A DNA stretch of 32,000 nt from Candidatus Saccharimonadota bacterium (lineage in GTDB: Bacteria > Pseudomonadota > Gammaproteobacteria > Enterobacterales > Enterobacteriaceae). Positions within the stretch are counted from its first letter, which is position 1. Each line of letters starts with the position of its first letter. Below the pieces are notes generated by a model. It searched no databases. It saw only the letters and a program-made list of their open reading frames with translations, and had not been told where the DNA came from. This document shows, in pieces, positions 12,174 through 22,152 of this stretch. Made by a program: the position numbers and the translations under genes. The stretch is taken from positions 270,001 through 302,000 of the forward strand of contig CP145869.1 of assembly GCA_041941765.1 (NCBI GenBank), in the 5' to 3' direction.

Positions 12174-12314
12174 ATGGCGTTTTCCTATCAGGTAATAGTA
12201 AAAAATTATGGTTAATCTGAATAGAGAAGTAATATTTATTTACTTACTCTTTTATATTGTTGATAAAAAGTTATTATAAATAGTAGCAAAAAATTAATAT
12301 TTTCATTAGTTATA

Positions 12315-12331
12315 AATCCTATACAAGGATT
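12315..12331 (-). terminator. Weak candidate hairpin downstream of gpmA
   Basis: AATCCT-ATACA-AGGATT forms a 6-bp stem with a 5-nt loop, 27 nt past the gpmA stop. The trailing - strand sequence is only moderately U-rich, and the T-run is better on the + strand. Confidence 0.25.
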
Positions 12332-12357
12332 AATTTTATTTGGTTTAATTCTATTCT

Positions 12358-13062
12358 TTAATCATTGTAGAGATAGTAATGTCTAGTTGGTTTAAGTAGA
12401 TTTGTATCAAATTCATAGATTAATGGAATAGCAGTAGGTATATTGATATTAATAATTTCAATGGGACTCATATTATCAAGATATTGTATAAGAGCACGTA
12501 ATGAATTTCCATGAGCAACAACAAGAAGGCGATAACCTGTTGTAATCAGTGGTAAAATGACATCTCTCCAATAAGATATAACTCTTTTACCAGTTGAGAA
12601 CAGATTTTCCGTTAATGGAAATTGATCAATTTTTAAATGACAATACCTAATATCATTACCAGAAAAAGTTTGATTATTTATAGTTAATGGTGGAGGAGTT
12701 GCATACATATCACGACGCCATTGTAGAATTTTTTCGGTTCCATATTTTTTTGTCATTTCTAATTTGTTCATTCCTTGCAATGCACCATAATGTCTTTCAT
12801 TTAATTTCCAAGATTTTGATACTGGTAACCAACTTTGTTCTAGTTGATCAAGAATAATCCATAAAGTATGAATGGCACGTTTTAGTACTGAGCTAAAAGC
12901 ATAATCAAAAAAAAATCCTTTTTTTTTTAATAATTTCCCAGCTAATTTAGCTTCGGTTTTTCCTTTTCTAGATAGATCTATATCACACCAACCCGTAAAA
13001 CGATTTTCCTTATTCCATTTACTTTCCCCATGACGTAAAAAGACTATTTGGTTTATAGTCAT
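12358..13062 (-). CDS. gpmA: 2,3-bisphosphoglycerate-dependent phosphoglycerate mutase
   Basis: Carries the histidine-phosphatase motif [18 protein letters not shown] place the start at the ATG at 13062, which is preceded by TAAGGA. The track start at 13173 is a TTG that adds 37 non-homologous residues. Confidence 0.92.
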   Translation of the reverse strand: MTINQIVFLRHGESKWNKENRFTGWCDIDLSRKGKTEAKLAGKLLKKKGFFFDYAFSSVLKRAIHTLWIILDQLEQSWLPVSKSWKLNERHYGALQGMNKLEMTKKYGTEKILQWRRDMYATPPPLTINNQTFSGNDIRYCHLKIDQFPLTENLFSTGKRVISYWRDVILPLITTGYRLLVVAHGNSLRALIQYLDNMSPIEIININIPTAIPLIYEFDTNLLKPTRHYYLYND

Positions 13063-13375
13063 CTGATAATCCTTATTTATAATTAAACTAATTCTTTTAA
13101 GAAAGAAATATATCATAAAAAACACTAGATTTTCATTTTTACGAATATAAAACATAAGATCAAATCTTAACAAAATAATTTTTATTTCAATAAGACAACA
13201 AAGTAATTTATAATTATAGTAAGATTATATAACATAGTTTTACTATACTATCTAACTTTATCTATCATATTAAAATAAAAAAAACAGTTGTTATTCGTCA
13301 ATTACTAATTAATATTATACTATTTTTTTCTATAGTGAGAGAATCAAAAAAATACTGCTTTTACTTACTATTATT

Positions 13376-13954
13376 TTATTTTGGAGGACTCCAAGGCCAT
13401 TTTTTATATAAAAATAGTTTACGTACTAATAAAATTATCAAAAAAACAATAATAAATATAAATATATATTTTATATGTTGATCGAAATTATATAACCAAG
13501 GAATTATCATCCTTCCGCCTATATAACCTAAAGTTACAAATATAAATGACCACAATACTGCTCCAAGGAGGTTAAAGAAAAAAAACATTAACGGATAAAT
13601 TTTACTCGCACCAATAAGAATTGGTCCGAGAATACGAAATCCATAAATAAACCTTACCGCAATAACAAATAATATTGGTCTTTTATAAATGATCTTTTGA
13701 ACAGACATTATTCTTTTATAATTTCTAAATTTTTTTAAAAAAAAATTACTCAAATAGTAACCTAAGAAAAAAAGTAGTTGATCTCCAAGTGCTCCTCCAA
13801 ACATAGCTACTATTAATACTCTTTTATAATCTAATAAACCTTCTTGTGCTGCTATTCCACTCAATGTAATTATAATTTCACCTTCACTTATACAACCAAG
13901 AAAAAGAGCCCAATACCCATATTGGGCTATTATCTGATTAAGATCAATATGCAA
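13376..13954 (-). CDS. yohD: DedA-family inner membrane protein, YohD-like
   Basis: Collinear with E. coli YohD as I recall it (DLNxxIxQYGY, EGExxxxLxGxAA, GDQLLFFLG, FxYGFRxxGPxLIGAS, PWLxNxDQHxKY). There is no ATG near the N-terminus. The likely start is TTG at 13954, 7 nt after GGAAGGA, giving 192 aa. The alternative is the track TTG at 13987. Confidence 0.8.
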   Translation of the reverse strand: MHIDLNQIIAQYGYWALFLGCISEGEIIITLSGIAAQEGLLDYKRVLIVAMFGGALGDQLLFFLGYYLSNFFLKKFRNYKRIMSVQKIIYKRPILFVIAVRFIYGFRILGPILIGASKIYPLMFFFFNLLGAVLWSFIFVTLGYIGGRMIIPWLYNFDQHIKYIFIFIIVFLIILLVRKLFLYKKWPWSPPK

Positions 13955-14263
13955 GATATTTTCCTTCCGAGTTATTATTTGTTGCAATAATAAATACTAC
14001 TATTATTTTTTTTTGATAAATCGAAGAAGATACTTAATAAGTATAAGAAGTAAAATTTGTTGTTTGTATAGAAGAAGATATTATAAGAAAACTAACCAAG
14101 TTAAATAATAGGAATACCCAAGTAATTTAGGGATGTGCTAATTTATTAATGAAAGTAATGTAAAAAAATTTATTTATAAAATTAATTAAGTGTGTGCTTA
14201 AATCTGAGAAAATAATTCCATTGGATAATTCTTTTTTATGTAATACATAAAAGATATTATTAA

Positions 14264-15121
14264 TTAATCAACAGTACATTCACATGCTTTAAGGGTATTT
14301 TGTAATAAAGTAGCCACTGTCATAGGACCTACACCTCCAGGAACTGGAGTAATCCAACCAGCTTGTTGTATAGCTTGTTCGAAATTAACATCACCGACTA
14401 TTTTTCCATTTTTTAAACGATTTATACCAACATCAATGACTATTGCTCCTGGTTTTATCCATTCACCACAAATAAAATTTGGCTTTCCAATGGCTACAAT
14501 TAATAAATCAGCCATTTCTATATATTTACGTATATTTTTACTAAGGCTATGAAGAACAGTGATAGTACATCCAACTAATAATAGTTCCATAATCATAGGG
14601 CGTCCAACAATATTAGATGTTCCTATAATTACAGTATGAAGTCCACCATCAGTTATAAGATTATAATATTTAAGTAAGGTAATTATACCATATGGAGTAC
14701 AAGGTCGTAAGATTGGGGCTTGAAGACATAAACGACCTACATTATAAGGATGAAAACCATCAACATCTTTAGAAGGAATAATTTTTTCTAGTAATTTAAT
14801 TTTATTAATTTTTGTAGGTAAAGGAAGTTGAACTAAAATTCCATCATGAGATGAATCATCATTTAATTCCTCTATAAGATCTATGACTTCTACTTCAGAA
14901 GTACTAATAGGTAAGTTATAAGATAATGATGTAAATCCAACGTATTCACAAGCTCGACGTTTACTATTTATATAAATTTTAGAAATAGGATTTTCACCAA
15001 TATTTATTATTGCCAATCCTGGCGGTCTTTTTCCTGTTCTGAGTCTAAGATTTACTTTTAAATGTATCTCTTGTTGTATCTGTTGCGCAAGACTTTTACC
15101 ATTAATAATCTTTGCTACCAT
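14264..15121 (-). CDS. folD: Bifunctional methylenetetrahydrofolate dehydrogenase/cyclohydrolase
   Basis: 285 aa of the expected length, with FolD motifs ([38 protein letters not shown]). Confidence 0.95.
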   Translation of the reverse strand: MVAKIINGKSLAQQIQQEIHLKVNLRLRTGKRPPGLAIINIGENPISKIYINSKRRACEYVGFTSLSYNLPISTSEVEVIDLIEELNDDSSHDGILVQLPLPTKINKIKLLEKIIPSKDVDGFHPYNVGRLCLQAPILRPCTPYGIITLLKYYNLITDGGLHTVIIGTSNIVGRPMIMELLLVGCTITVLHSLSKNIRKYIEMADLLIVAIGKPNFICGEWIKPGAIVIDVGINRLKNGKIVGDVNFEQAIQQAGWITPVPGGVGPMTVATLLQNTLKACECTVD

Positions 15122-15128
15122 AAAAGTG

Positions 15129-15167
15129 ATATTGATATATTATTGTATAATGATATTATATCAATAT
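15129..15167. repeat. 11-bp perfect inverted repeat (ATATTGATATA / TATATCAATAT) with a 17-nt spacer, in the folD/tRNA-Arg divergent intergenic region
   Basis: Read directly: arms at 15129-15139 and 15157-15167. The spacer contains a + strand TATAAT (15146-15151). The right arm overlaps a - strand TATAAT (15160-15155) that is suitably placed for folD. Confidence 0.6.
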
Positions 15168-15179
15168 TATTAATATAAT
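15150..15179 (+). promoter_or_regulatory. Candidate sigma70 promoter for tRNA-Arg(UCU)-lgt-thyA-recC
   Basis: A perfect TATAAT at 15174-15179 lies 21 nt upstream of the tRNA 5' end. The weak -35-like ATGATA at 15150-15155 gives an 18 nt spacer. TATAAT-like hexamers are common in this composition. Confidence 0.3.
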
Positions 15180-15199
15180 GTAAGAATATTGAATTAAAT

Positions 15200-15273
15200 G
15201 CGCCTTTAGCTCAGTTGGATAGAGCACCGGTCTTCTAAGCCGGTAGTCGTAGGTTCGAATCCTGCAAGGCGCG
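15200..15273 (+). tRNA. argU: tRNA-Arg (anticodon UCU)
   Basis: Cloverleaf folded by hand. Acceptor GCGCCTT/AAGGCGC, D arm GCTC-AGTTGGATA-GAGC, anticodon arm CCGGT-CTTCTAA-GCCGG, T arm GTAGG-TTCGAAT-CCTGC, discriminator G. No CCA is encoded. Confidence 0.9.
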
Positions 15274-15284
15274 TATGTAATAAA

Positions 15285-16166
15285 ATGATGAATACTCATT
15301 ATTTCATCTTTCCTCATGTTAATCCAATTATGTTATCATTAGGTCCAATATCTATTCATTGGTATGGTATGATGTATCTAATAGGTTTTGGATTTACTCT
15401 TTGGTTAGGATTACGACGAGCTTTAAGATCAAAAGAATATAATCAAGAAGAAATTGAAAATTTATTCTATATAGGGTTTGTAAGTATTATAATTGGTGGT
15501 CGTTTAGGTTATGCATTATTTTACAATTTACCAATGTTTATAGAACATCCTTTAAATTTATTCAAAATATGGCAAGGAGGTATGTCTTTTCATGGAGGTT
15601 TATTAGGAGTAATAATTTTTATTCTTTTTTTTTCATTTCGAACACAACGACATTTTTTTAAAGTATCTGATTTTGTAGTACCTTTAATTCCTTTTGGATT
15701 AGGAATAGGAAGATTAGGTAATTTTATTAATGGTGAATTATGGGGTCGTGTAGCTATAAATCTTCCTTGGGCAATGATATTTCCACATTCATACCAAAAA
15801 GATATGATTTTTTTAATTCAACACCCTGAAGTACAACCGATTATTGATCATTGGAAAAATTTACCTCGTCATCCATCTCAATTATATGAATTTTTTTTGG
15901 AAGGAATAATTCTCTTTATTATATTAAATGTTTTTATTCGTCAACCACGTCCAATAGGAAGTGTATCGGCTCTTTTTTTAATTATTTATGGTATCTTTCG
16001 TTTCATAGTTGAATTTTTCAGAGAACCAGATATCCAATTAGGATTATTTAAAAATGTTTTAAGTATGGGACAAATATTATCAATTCCAATGATACTTATT
16101 GGTATAATTATTATGATAATAGTGTATATTTCTGAAATAATAGGTAAAGAAAAGAAAGTAAACTAA
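15285..16166 (+). CDS. lgt: Phosphatidylglycerol-prolipoprotein diacylglyceryl transferase
   Basis: 293 aa with Lgt motifs ([38 protein letters not shown]). It is followed by thyA, as in E. coli. Confidence 0.95.
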   Translation: MMNTHYFIFPHVNPIMLSLGPISIHWYGMMYLIGFGFTLWLGLRRALRSKEYNQEEIENLFYIGFVSIIIGGRLGYALFYNLPMFIEHPLNLFKIWQGGMSFHGGLLGVIIFILFFSFRTQRHFFKVSDFVVPLIPFGLGIGRLGNFINGELWGRVAINLPWAMIFPHSYQKDMIFLIQHPEVQPIIDHWKNLPRHPSQLYEFFLEGIILFIILNVFIRQPRPIGSVSALFLIIYGIFRFIVEFFREPDIQLGLFKNVLSMGQILSIPMILIGIIIMIIVYISEIIGKEKKVN

Positions 16167-16960
16167 TGAAGCAATATTTACAACTAATAAAAAAAGTATT
16201 AACAGAAGGTATATTTAAAAATGATCGTACTAAAACAGGTACATTATCTATTTTTGGATATCAAATGCATTTAAATTTACAACAAGGATTTCCGTTAATT
16301 ACTACAAAATTTTGTCATTTTCGTTCGATTATTTATGAATTATTATGGTTTTTGAACGGTGAGACAAATATAGCATGGTTAAATAAAAATAAAGTATCAA
16401 TTTGGGATAAATGGGCTGATAAAAATGGTAATTTAGGTCCTATATACGGTAAACAATGGCGTAAATGGGAAACCGCTAAAGGTAAATCCATTGATCAAAT
16501 TAGTCAAGTATTAGAACAGATTAAAAATAATCCCGATTCTCGACGGATAATTGTATCATCTTGGAATGTAGGTGAAATTGATATTATGGCTTTAGCTCCT
16601 TGTCATATTCTTTTTCAATTATATGTAGCAAAAAATCAACTATCTTGTCAACTTTATCAGCGTTCTTGTGATATTTTTATTGGATTACCTTTTAACATAG
16701 CTAGTTACGCACTGTTAGTACATTTAATTGCTCAGCAATCTCATCTTCAAGTAGGAAAGTTGATATGGACAGGAGGCGATATACATCTTTATTGTAATCA
16801 TGTTGAACAAGCCAAATTACAACTTACTAGAAAACCCCTTGCCCTACCAAAATTAGTAATTAAACGTCAACCACCATCTTTATTTGAATATTGTTTTAGT
16901 GATTTTGAGGTAATAGGATACAATCCATATCCACATATTAAGGCTCCCGTTTCAGTATAA
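16166..16960 (+). CDS. thyA: Thymidylate synthase
   Basis: 264 aa, matching the E. coli length, with the catalytic Cys context [12 protein letters not shown] and the motifs SWNVGE and DIHLY. The start overlaps the lgt stop by 1 nt (TAATG). Confidence 0.97.
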   Translation: MKQYLQLIKKVLTEGIFKNDRTKTGTLSIFGYQMHLNLQQGFPLITTKFCHFRSIIYELLWFLNGETNIAWLNKNKVSIWDKWADKNGNLGPIYGKQWRKWETAKGKSIDQISQVLEQIKNNPDSRRIIVSSWNVGEIDIMALAPCHILFQLYVAKNQLSCQLYQRSCDIFIGLPFNIASYALLVHLIAQQSHLQVGKLIWTGGDIHLYCNHVEQAKLQLTRKPLALPKLVIKRQPPSLFEYCFSDFEVIGYNPYPHIKAPVSV

Positions 16961-16964
16961 TTTG

Positions 16965-19900
16965 ATGTTTATACTTTATCAGTCTAATCAAGTAGAAATT
17001 CTACGTTTTTTAATGTCCTATCATCTTAATAAGAAAGGTTTTTTTGATAATCCGTTTGATGCAGCAGAAGAAATCTTAGTACCAAGTAAAAATATAATAC
17101 CATGGCTAGAAAGGTCAATTACAGAACAAATTGATATTACAGCTAATATAAAATTTACACTTATTGAAACATTTATATGGAATATACTGGGTATATTGCA
17201 TGATATTCCACCAAAACATCTATTTAATAAAGAAACAATTAAGTGGAAAATTATAGAAATAATTCCTCGATTGTTAAATCAACCAGAATTTATACTTTTC
17301 AAGCAGTACCTTTCAATTCATTCGGATAATCAACTATTTATATTAGCCACTTACCTTTCAGAACTTTATTCTCAATATTTAGTTTATCGTCCAGAATGGT
17401 TAATTAAATGGGAAAAAAAACAATTTACAGAAATAGATCCCTCACAAATTTGGCAAGGATATTTATGGTCGGAACTCATTAATTATACTCAACAATTAAA
17501 TCAATCTATATGTCATATAGCTAATCTTTATCCTTCTTTTTTAAAGAAACTCAAACTATTAAAAAACACAATTCATTTGAAAAAAGTATTACCAAAACGA
17601 TTATTCATTTTTAATATTTCAAGATTACCCCCATTATATCTAACAATTTTAGAAGTAATTAGTAAGCATATCGATATTCATTGTTTTTTACTTAATCCTT
17701 GTCGTCATTATTGGGGTGATATTTATGAATATCAAAACGAAACTGCAAGTAATTCGATTCTCAAATCGTGGGGAAAATTAGGAAGAGATACTTTGTTTTT
17801 CTTATCTCAATTTGAACAAATACATGAAATTAATGCATTTGTTGACGTAAAACGTGATAATATCCTACATTCTCTTCAACAAGACATTTTAGAACTGAAA
17901 GATTACACGACAATTGTTACAGAAAATAATATCAACCAAAAAAGATTATTCCATCTTAATGATAATTCTATTCAAGTTCATATTTCATACAGTTTAGAAC
18001 ATGAATTGGAAGTTCTACAAGAACAATTATATAATTTGATCCGAAATGATTTATCATTAACACTTAATGATATCATTGTAATGGTTACTGATATTAATCT
18101 TTACATACCATTTATTCAAGCGGTTTTTGGAAATACTAACTCGAAATATTATTTACCTTTTTCTATTTGTGATCAAAGTATTAACCAAATATATCATCCA
18201 TTAGTACGGTCATTTATTAGCTTATTACGGATTGTCGAAGAAGAAATTTTATCTTTAGATAAGATTGTTTCTCTCCTAGAAATTCCATCCTTTGCAATGC
18301 AATTTCACATTAGTAAAGAAAATTTAGCCAATTTACATCAATTTTTATCACAATCTGAAAATAGTATGAAATATGATTATAATGAAAATCAAATAGAAGA
18401 ATTTTTTGAATCGAATAAAAAACAATTTGGTTCTAAATTAGCAGAAAAAATCAATAAAATATATATAAAATTCTATCAATGGCGTAAAATTCTATTACAA
18501 CCACATGTTGTTAGTGATTGGAAAAAAATATCTAGTGAAATAATTGATAATTTTTTTTTGATAGATACTGATCAAAAAATAGTAATATTTTTAACATTTA
18601 TTAAACAAAAGTGGTATCGAATATTAGAAGATGCTATTCATTGTGATAATCTAATTCCAATCCAGTTCTTATATAATGAACTTATTATGCAATTAAATCA
18701 AATAACATTAAATATGCATTTGATGAAAAATTGTATTAATTTCTGTTCTTTGACAAGTATACGTTTAATACCCTTTAAAATAGTATGTATATTAGGTATG
18801 AATGATGGTATATATCCACGTATATCATCGTTGATAAGCTATAATCTTATTCTGCAGCATCCTCACATTGGTGATATTAGTCAACGTGATAATGATCGTT
18901 ACTTATTTCTTGAAACTTTATTATCAGCACGAGAAATATTTTATGTTAGCTATATTGGTAGTTCTATACCAGGAAATGTAAAACAATTACCTTCAATTTT
19001 TATAAATGAAATCCTAAATTACATAGCACATAGTTACTATTGGCCTGAAGACAATAACATTTCAGATTGTGAGAATACTACAGATAATATTAAAAAACAT
19101 TTACAATACTTTCATGAGAGATATCATATCAGTCTTAATCCGAATAATAATAGTATGATCAATTCGATTTTTAACATGGTTTTACCTAATAAAATCATAA
19201 ATGAATTGAATATCCAAAAATTTTTGGATTTTTGGCAACATCCAGTACGTGCTTTTTTTAATAATCGTTTAGGTGTAAAATTTTTTTCTACCCCCAAAGT
19301 CACCAGTTTAAATCAACCCTTGATTTTTTTAGATAATATTAATTATTATAAATTTAAAACACAATTATTAACAACTTTAATTAAAGGTAATAATCCTAAT
19401 AATTTATTTGAATTATATCGTACTAAAGGATTACTTGCTGATGGAATTTGGGTAGAATTTTTTTTGCAGAAACTACAGCATTCTATGGATAACTTAGTAC
19501 AAATTATCAAAAAATATTATCATTCTAATACTACAAGAAATATACCAATTGATTTAACTGTTAGAGGAATACGTTTAACTGGTTATTTATCACATGTCCA
19601 ATCTAATGGACTAGTTAGATGGAGATGTACTAGTCTTAATTTTAGAGATGGATTACTTCTATGGCTAGAACATCTTATATATTGTATAATCAATGGAAAT
19701 AATAAGAGTAATAGTATTATGTTTGGAAAAAACAATACCCAATGGTCTTTTGGTGTCTTATCTTCTCAAGAAGCATTAGATCATCTTATTCCTTTTATTG
19801 AAGGTTATCAATTAGGTATGAATTCACCAATCTTATTATTACCACAAACTGGCGGAGCATGGTTAAAAGCTAGTTATGATAAAAAAAAATCAATTTTAGA

Positions 19901-20099
19901 TTATGATGAAAAAACACAACTCAAAGCACGTCAAAGATTATTAATGACATGGATGTGTCATAAAAATGGAGAAAGTCATGATCCATATTTACAACGTTTA
20001 TTTCGTACTATGGATGAGTCTTGTATAACAGAAGTTATTAAAAATGCTGAATCTTGGTTATTACCTATAATGCATTTTAATCAACTTCATTCTATTTAA
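16965..20099 (+). CDS. recC: Exodeoxyribonuclease V gamma subunit (RecC)
   Basis: About 1044 aa, collinear with E. coli RecC from memory ([67 protein letters not shown]). I prefer the ATG at 16965. The track start at 16962 is the adjacent in-frame TTG. Confidence 0.9.
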   Translation: MFILYQSNQVEILRFLMSYHLNKKGFFDNPFDAAEEILVPSKNIIPWLERSITEQIDITANIKFTLIETFIWNILGILHDIPPKHLFNKETIKWKIIEIIPRLLNQPEFILFKQYLSIHSDNQLFILATYLSELYSQYLVYRPEWLIKWEKKQFTEIDPSQIWQGYLWSELINYTQQLNQSICHIANLYPSFLKKLKLLKNTIHLKKVLPKRLFIFNISRLPPLYLTILEVISKHIDIHCFLLNPCRHYWGDIYEYQNETASNSILKSWGKLGRDTLFFLSQFEQIHEINAFVDVKRDNILHSLQQDILELKDYTTIVTENNINQKRLFHLNDNSIQVHISYSLEHELEVLQEQLYNLIRNDLSLTLNDIIVMVTDINLYIPFIQAVFGNTNSKYYLPFSICDQSINQIYHPLVRSFISLLRIVEEEILSLDKIVSLLEIPSFAMQFHISKENLANLHQFLSQSENSMKYDYNENQIEEFFESNKKQFGSKLAEKINKIYIKFYQWRKILLQPHVVSDWKKISSEIIDNFFLIDTDQKIVIFLTFIKQKWYRILEDAIHCDNLIPIQFLYNELIMQLNQITLNMHLMKNCINFCSLTSIRLIPFKIVCILGMNDGIYPRISSLISYNLILQHPHIGDISQRDNDRYLFLETLLSAREIFYVSYIGSSIPGNVKQLPSIFINEILNYIAHSYYWPEDNNISDCENTTDNIKKHLQYFHERYHISLNPNNNSMINSIFNMVLPNKIINELNIQKFLDFWQHPVRAFFNNRLGVKFFSTPKVTSLNQPLIFLDNINYYKFKTQLLTTLIKGNNPNNLFELYRTKGLLADGIWVEFFLQKLQHSMDNLVQIIKKYYHSNTTRNIPIDLTVRGIRLTGYLSHVQSNGLVRWRCTSLNFRDGLLLWLEHLIYCIINGNNKSNSIMFGKNNTQWSFGVLSSQEALDHLIPFIEGYQLGMNSPILLLPQTGGAWLKASYDKKKSILDYDEKTQLKARQRLLMTWMCHKNGESHDPYLQRLFRTMDESCITEVIKNAESWLLPIMHFNQLHSI

Positions 20100-20443
20100 T
20101 TTAGACGTTCTTTAATACGAGCACCTTTACCTGTACGATTACGTAAATAATATAATTTCGCCTTTCTTACCGACCCTCTACGTTTTATTAGAAGGCTTTC
20201 AATGAGATGTGAGTGATTTTGAAATACTCTTTCAATTCCTTCTCCATTAGAAGACCATTTGCGAACCGTAAAAGATGAATTTAATCCACGATTACGTCTT
20301 GCAATAATTATACCAGAAAATGATTGTAGTCTTTTTTTTAAACCCTCAACTACCCAAATTTTTACTTCAACTGAATCTCCAGAACGAAAAGAAGGAATAT
20401 CTTTTCTAAGTTGTTCTTTTTCTATTAATTTTAATATATTCAT
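20096..20443 (-). CDS. rplS: 50S ribosomal protein L19
   Basis: 115 aa, the last gene of the rpsP-rimM-trmD-rplS operon, with the typical L19 sequence ([16 protein letters not shown]...RLQSFSG). Confidence 0.96.
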   Translation of the reverse strand: MNILKLIEKEQLRKDIPSFRSGDSVEVKIWVVEGLKKRLQSFSGIIIARRNRGLNSSFTVRKWSSNGEGIERVFQNHSHLIESLLIKRRGSVRKAKLYYLRNRTGKGARIKERLN

Positions 20444-20465
20444 ATTGATTCTTTTTTAATTGACA

Positions 20466-21215
20466 TTAAGCTTTGAAAAACTCTTTTTTAAATTCTGTTA
20501 ATAAATCGATTTGTTCTTGATTAAATCTAAAGTTTTTTAGAAGATCAGGTCGTCGAAGCCATGTTCGTCCTAATGATTGTTTAATTCTCCATTGCTTAAT
20601 TTTATAATGATTTCCTGATAATAAAACAGCTGGAATAGATTTTCCCTCTAATAATTTTGGTCTAGTAAAATGTGGATATTCTAATAAACCTTTAAAAAAA
20701 GAATCTTCTTCAACAGATCGAAAATCTTTTCCTACTGCCCCTGGTATCAATCGAGTTAATGCATCTATTAATATCATAGCTGGTAATTCACCACCACTGA
20801 CTATATAGTCTCCTACTGACCATTCTTCATCAATTTCCATAGAAATTATTCGTTCATCTATTCCTTCATATCGCCCACATACTAAAATTATTTTAGTAGA
20901 TTTTGCTAATTCATTAACACCTTTTTGATCAAGTTTTCTTCCTTGAGGAGATAAATAAATTACTTTTACTAAATGTCCTGCAGTATGTTTTGCTGCATGA
21001 ATAGCATCTCGTAAGGGTTGTACCATCATTAACATTCCAGATCCTCCTCCATAAGGACGATCATCAACAGTTTTATGTTTATTTCGAGTAAAATCCCGAG
21101 GATTCCAATACTGAATAGTGAGTAACCCCTTGTTTATAGCTTTGCTAGTTATACCATAATCAGTAATAGCTTTAAACATGGGTGGAAATAAACTAATAAC
21201 TCCAATCCACATCAT
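20466..21215 (-). CDS. trmD: tRNA (guanine37-N1)-methyltransferase
   Basis: Homology to E. coli TrmD begins at [13 protein letters not shown] and includes the motif [12 protein letters not shown] place the start at the ATG pair at 21215/21212. The track start at 21263 is a TTG that overlaps rimM. Confidence 0.93.
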   Translation of the reverse strand: MMWIGVISLFPPMFKAITDYGITSKAINKGLLTIQYWNPRDFTRNKHKTVDDRPYGGGSGMLMMVQPLRDAIHAAKHTAGHLVKVIYLSPQGRKLDQKGVNELAKSTKIILVCGRYEGIDERIISMEIDEEWSVGDYIVSGGELPAMILIDALTRLIPGAVGKDFRSVEEDSFFKGLLEYPHFTRPKLLEGKSIPAVLLSGNHYKIKQWRIKQSLGRTWLRRPDLLKNFRFNQEQIDLLTEFKKEFFKA

Positions 21216-21226
21216 ATGTATTGTTC

Positions 21227-21814
21227 TTAGTGATTTCTGTGAATCAAGAATTTGGCTTTCCAAGTAATGAAAATCAATTTACTTTTACAATCTATTTTAC
21301 TAATAACTTGATTTTCAATAAAAGGAATGAATATTTCTTTTATTTTATATCTTTCTTCAACATTAACAACCAAAATATCATTTGATATGGTTGAAAATAA
21401 ACGTACTACTTTTCCTAATTGATCTCCATCTGCAGTTATAACTACACAACCTATAATATCTTTCCAATAATACTCTCCTTCATTAAGAAGAGGTAACTGA
21501 CTAGATTCAATTAGAATATAATAGTTATTAACTTGTTTAGCTTCTTCCCTGTCATTAATACCTTTAAGCTTAATAATAAAAGAATGTTTTTTATTCTCCC
21601 ATTTTTCGAGTTCAATTTTTTTTATCCTCTGATTACTATTATATTTTTTAAGAAACCAGGGTTGATAAAAAAAAATATTGGTTTTCTTTTCTGTGAAAGA
21701 TATTAGTTTTATCCATCCACGGATACCATATGCAGATCCCAGTTGTCCCAAGATCAAAGGATTGTGAATAATCATTTGAGTTAATAATTCATTAATAAAG
21801 CATAAATAAATCAT
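21227..21814 (-). CDS. rimM: 16S rRNA processing protein RimM
   Basis: Carries the motifs [12 protein letters not shown] and [12 protein letters not shown] in the expected operon position. The start is ambiguous between the ATG at 21814, 3 nt after the rpsP stop, and the ATG at 21775. Confidence 0.88.
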   Translation of the reverse strand: MIYLCFINELLTQMIIHNPLILGQLGSAYGIRGWIKLISFTEKKTNIFFYQPWFLKKYNSNQRIKKIELEKWENKKHSFIIKLKGINDREEAKQVNNYYILIESSQLPLLNEGEYYWKDIIGCVVITADGDQLGKVVRLFSTISNDILVVNVEERYKIKEIFIPFIENQVISKIDCKSKLIFITWKAKFLIHRNH

Positions 21815-21817
21815 TCA

Positions 21818-22063
21818 TTATTGTTTGAGTTTTTTCATCAAATACTTTACTCTAGATGACAATTTTGCCCCTTGACTTATCCAATATTTGATACGATTTA
21901 ACTTTAAATCAAGTGAATTATTTTGTTGGGTTATCATAAACGGATTAAAAAATCCTACCCTCTCAATAAATCTTCCGTCACGAGGACTCCGATTATCAGT
22001 AACAACTATTTTATAAAAAGGCTTCTTTTTCGATCCATGACGTGCTAAACGAATAATTATCAT
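21818..22063 (-). CDS. rpsP: 30S ribosomal protein S16
   Basis: 81 aa beginning MIIIRLARHGSKKKPFYKIVV, typical of S16. It is the first gene of the operon. Confidence 0.96.
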   Translation of the reverse strand: MIIIRLARHGSKKKPFYKIVVTDNRSPRDGRFIERVGFFNPFMITQQNNSLDLKLNRIKYWISQGAKLSSRVKYLMKKLKQ

Positions 22064-22152
22064 TGTATTTTTTTTTATATATTTTTAGTTATTCAATTGT
22101 ACATTAAAGCTTTTTACAAGTATCAAGTTATTTCAAGTAATAATTAATTATT

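Noticed and set aside
12247-12262. Possible NrdR box upstream of nrdA (CTCTTTTATATTGTTG)
   Set aside because: Only the right half resembles the palindromic NrdR consensus. The left half does not match, and there is no second box at the expected spacing.
13063-13173. 37-codon N-terminal extension of gpmA in the ORF track
   Set aside because: The extension starts at TTG and has no homology. The canonical GpmA N-terminus ([14 protein letters not shown]) starts at the ATG at 13062, which has TAAGGA upstream.
13215-13247. 8-bp inverted repeat TATAGTAA/TTACTATA with a 17-nt loop in the gpmA-yohD spacer
   Set aside because: It is short and almost entirely A/T, so it is expected by chance. It is not positioned or followed by a U-run as a terminator would be.
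14023-14080. 10-nt exact direct repeat GAAGAAGATA (14023-14032 and 14071-14080) in the yohD-folD spacer
   Set aside because: My rough composition-based estimate gives a substantial chance of one such repeat in a spacer of this size. There is no further periodicity or array structure.
15133-15160. Possible dif (XerCD) site around a central TGTATA hexamer
   Set aside because: The flanking arms TGATATATTAT and ATGATATTATA match the conserved XerC and XerD arms (GGTGCGCATAA / TTATGTTAAAT) at only a few positions.
20259-20459. 66-aa ORF antisense to rplS
   Set aside because: It overlaps the strongly conserved L19 gene and shows no independent support.
21216-21263. 16-codon N-terminal extension of trmD in the ORF track
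   Set aside because: The extension starts at TTG inside the 3' end of rimM. TrmD homology begins at MWIGVISLF, directly after the ATG at 21215/21212.
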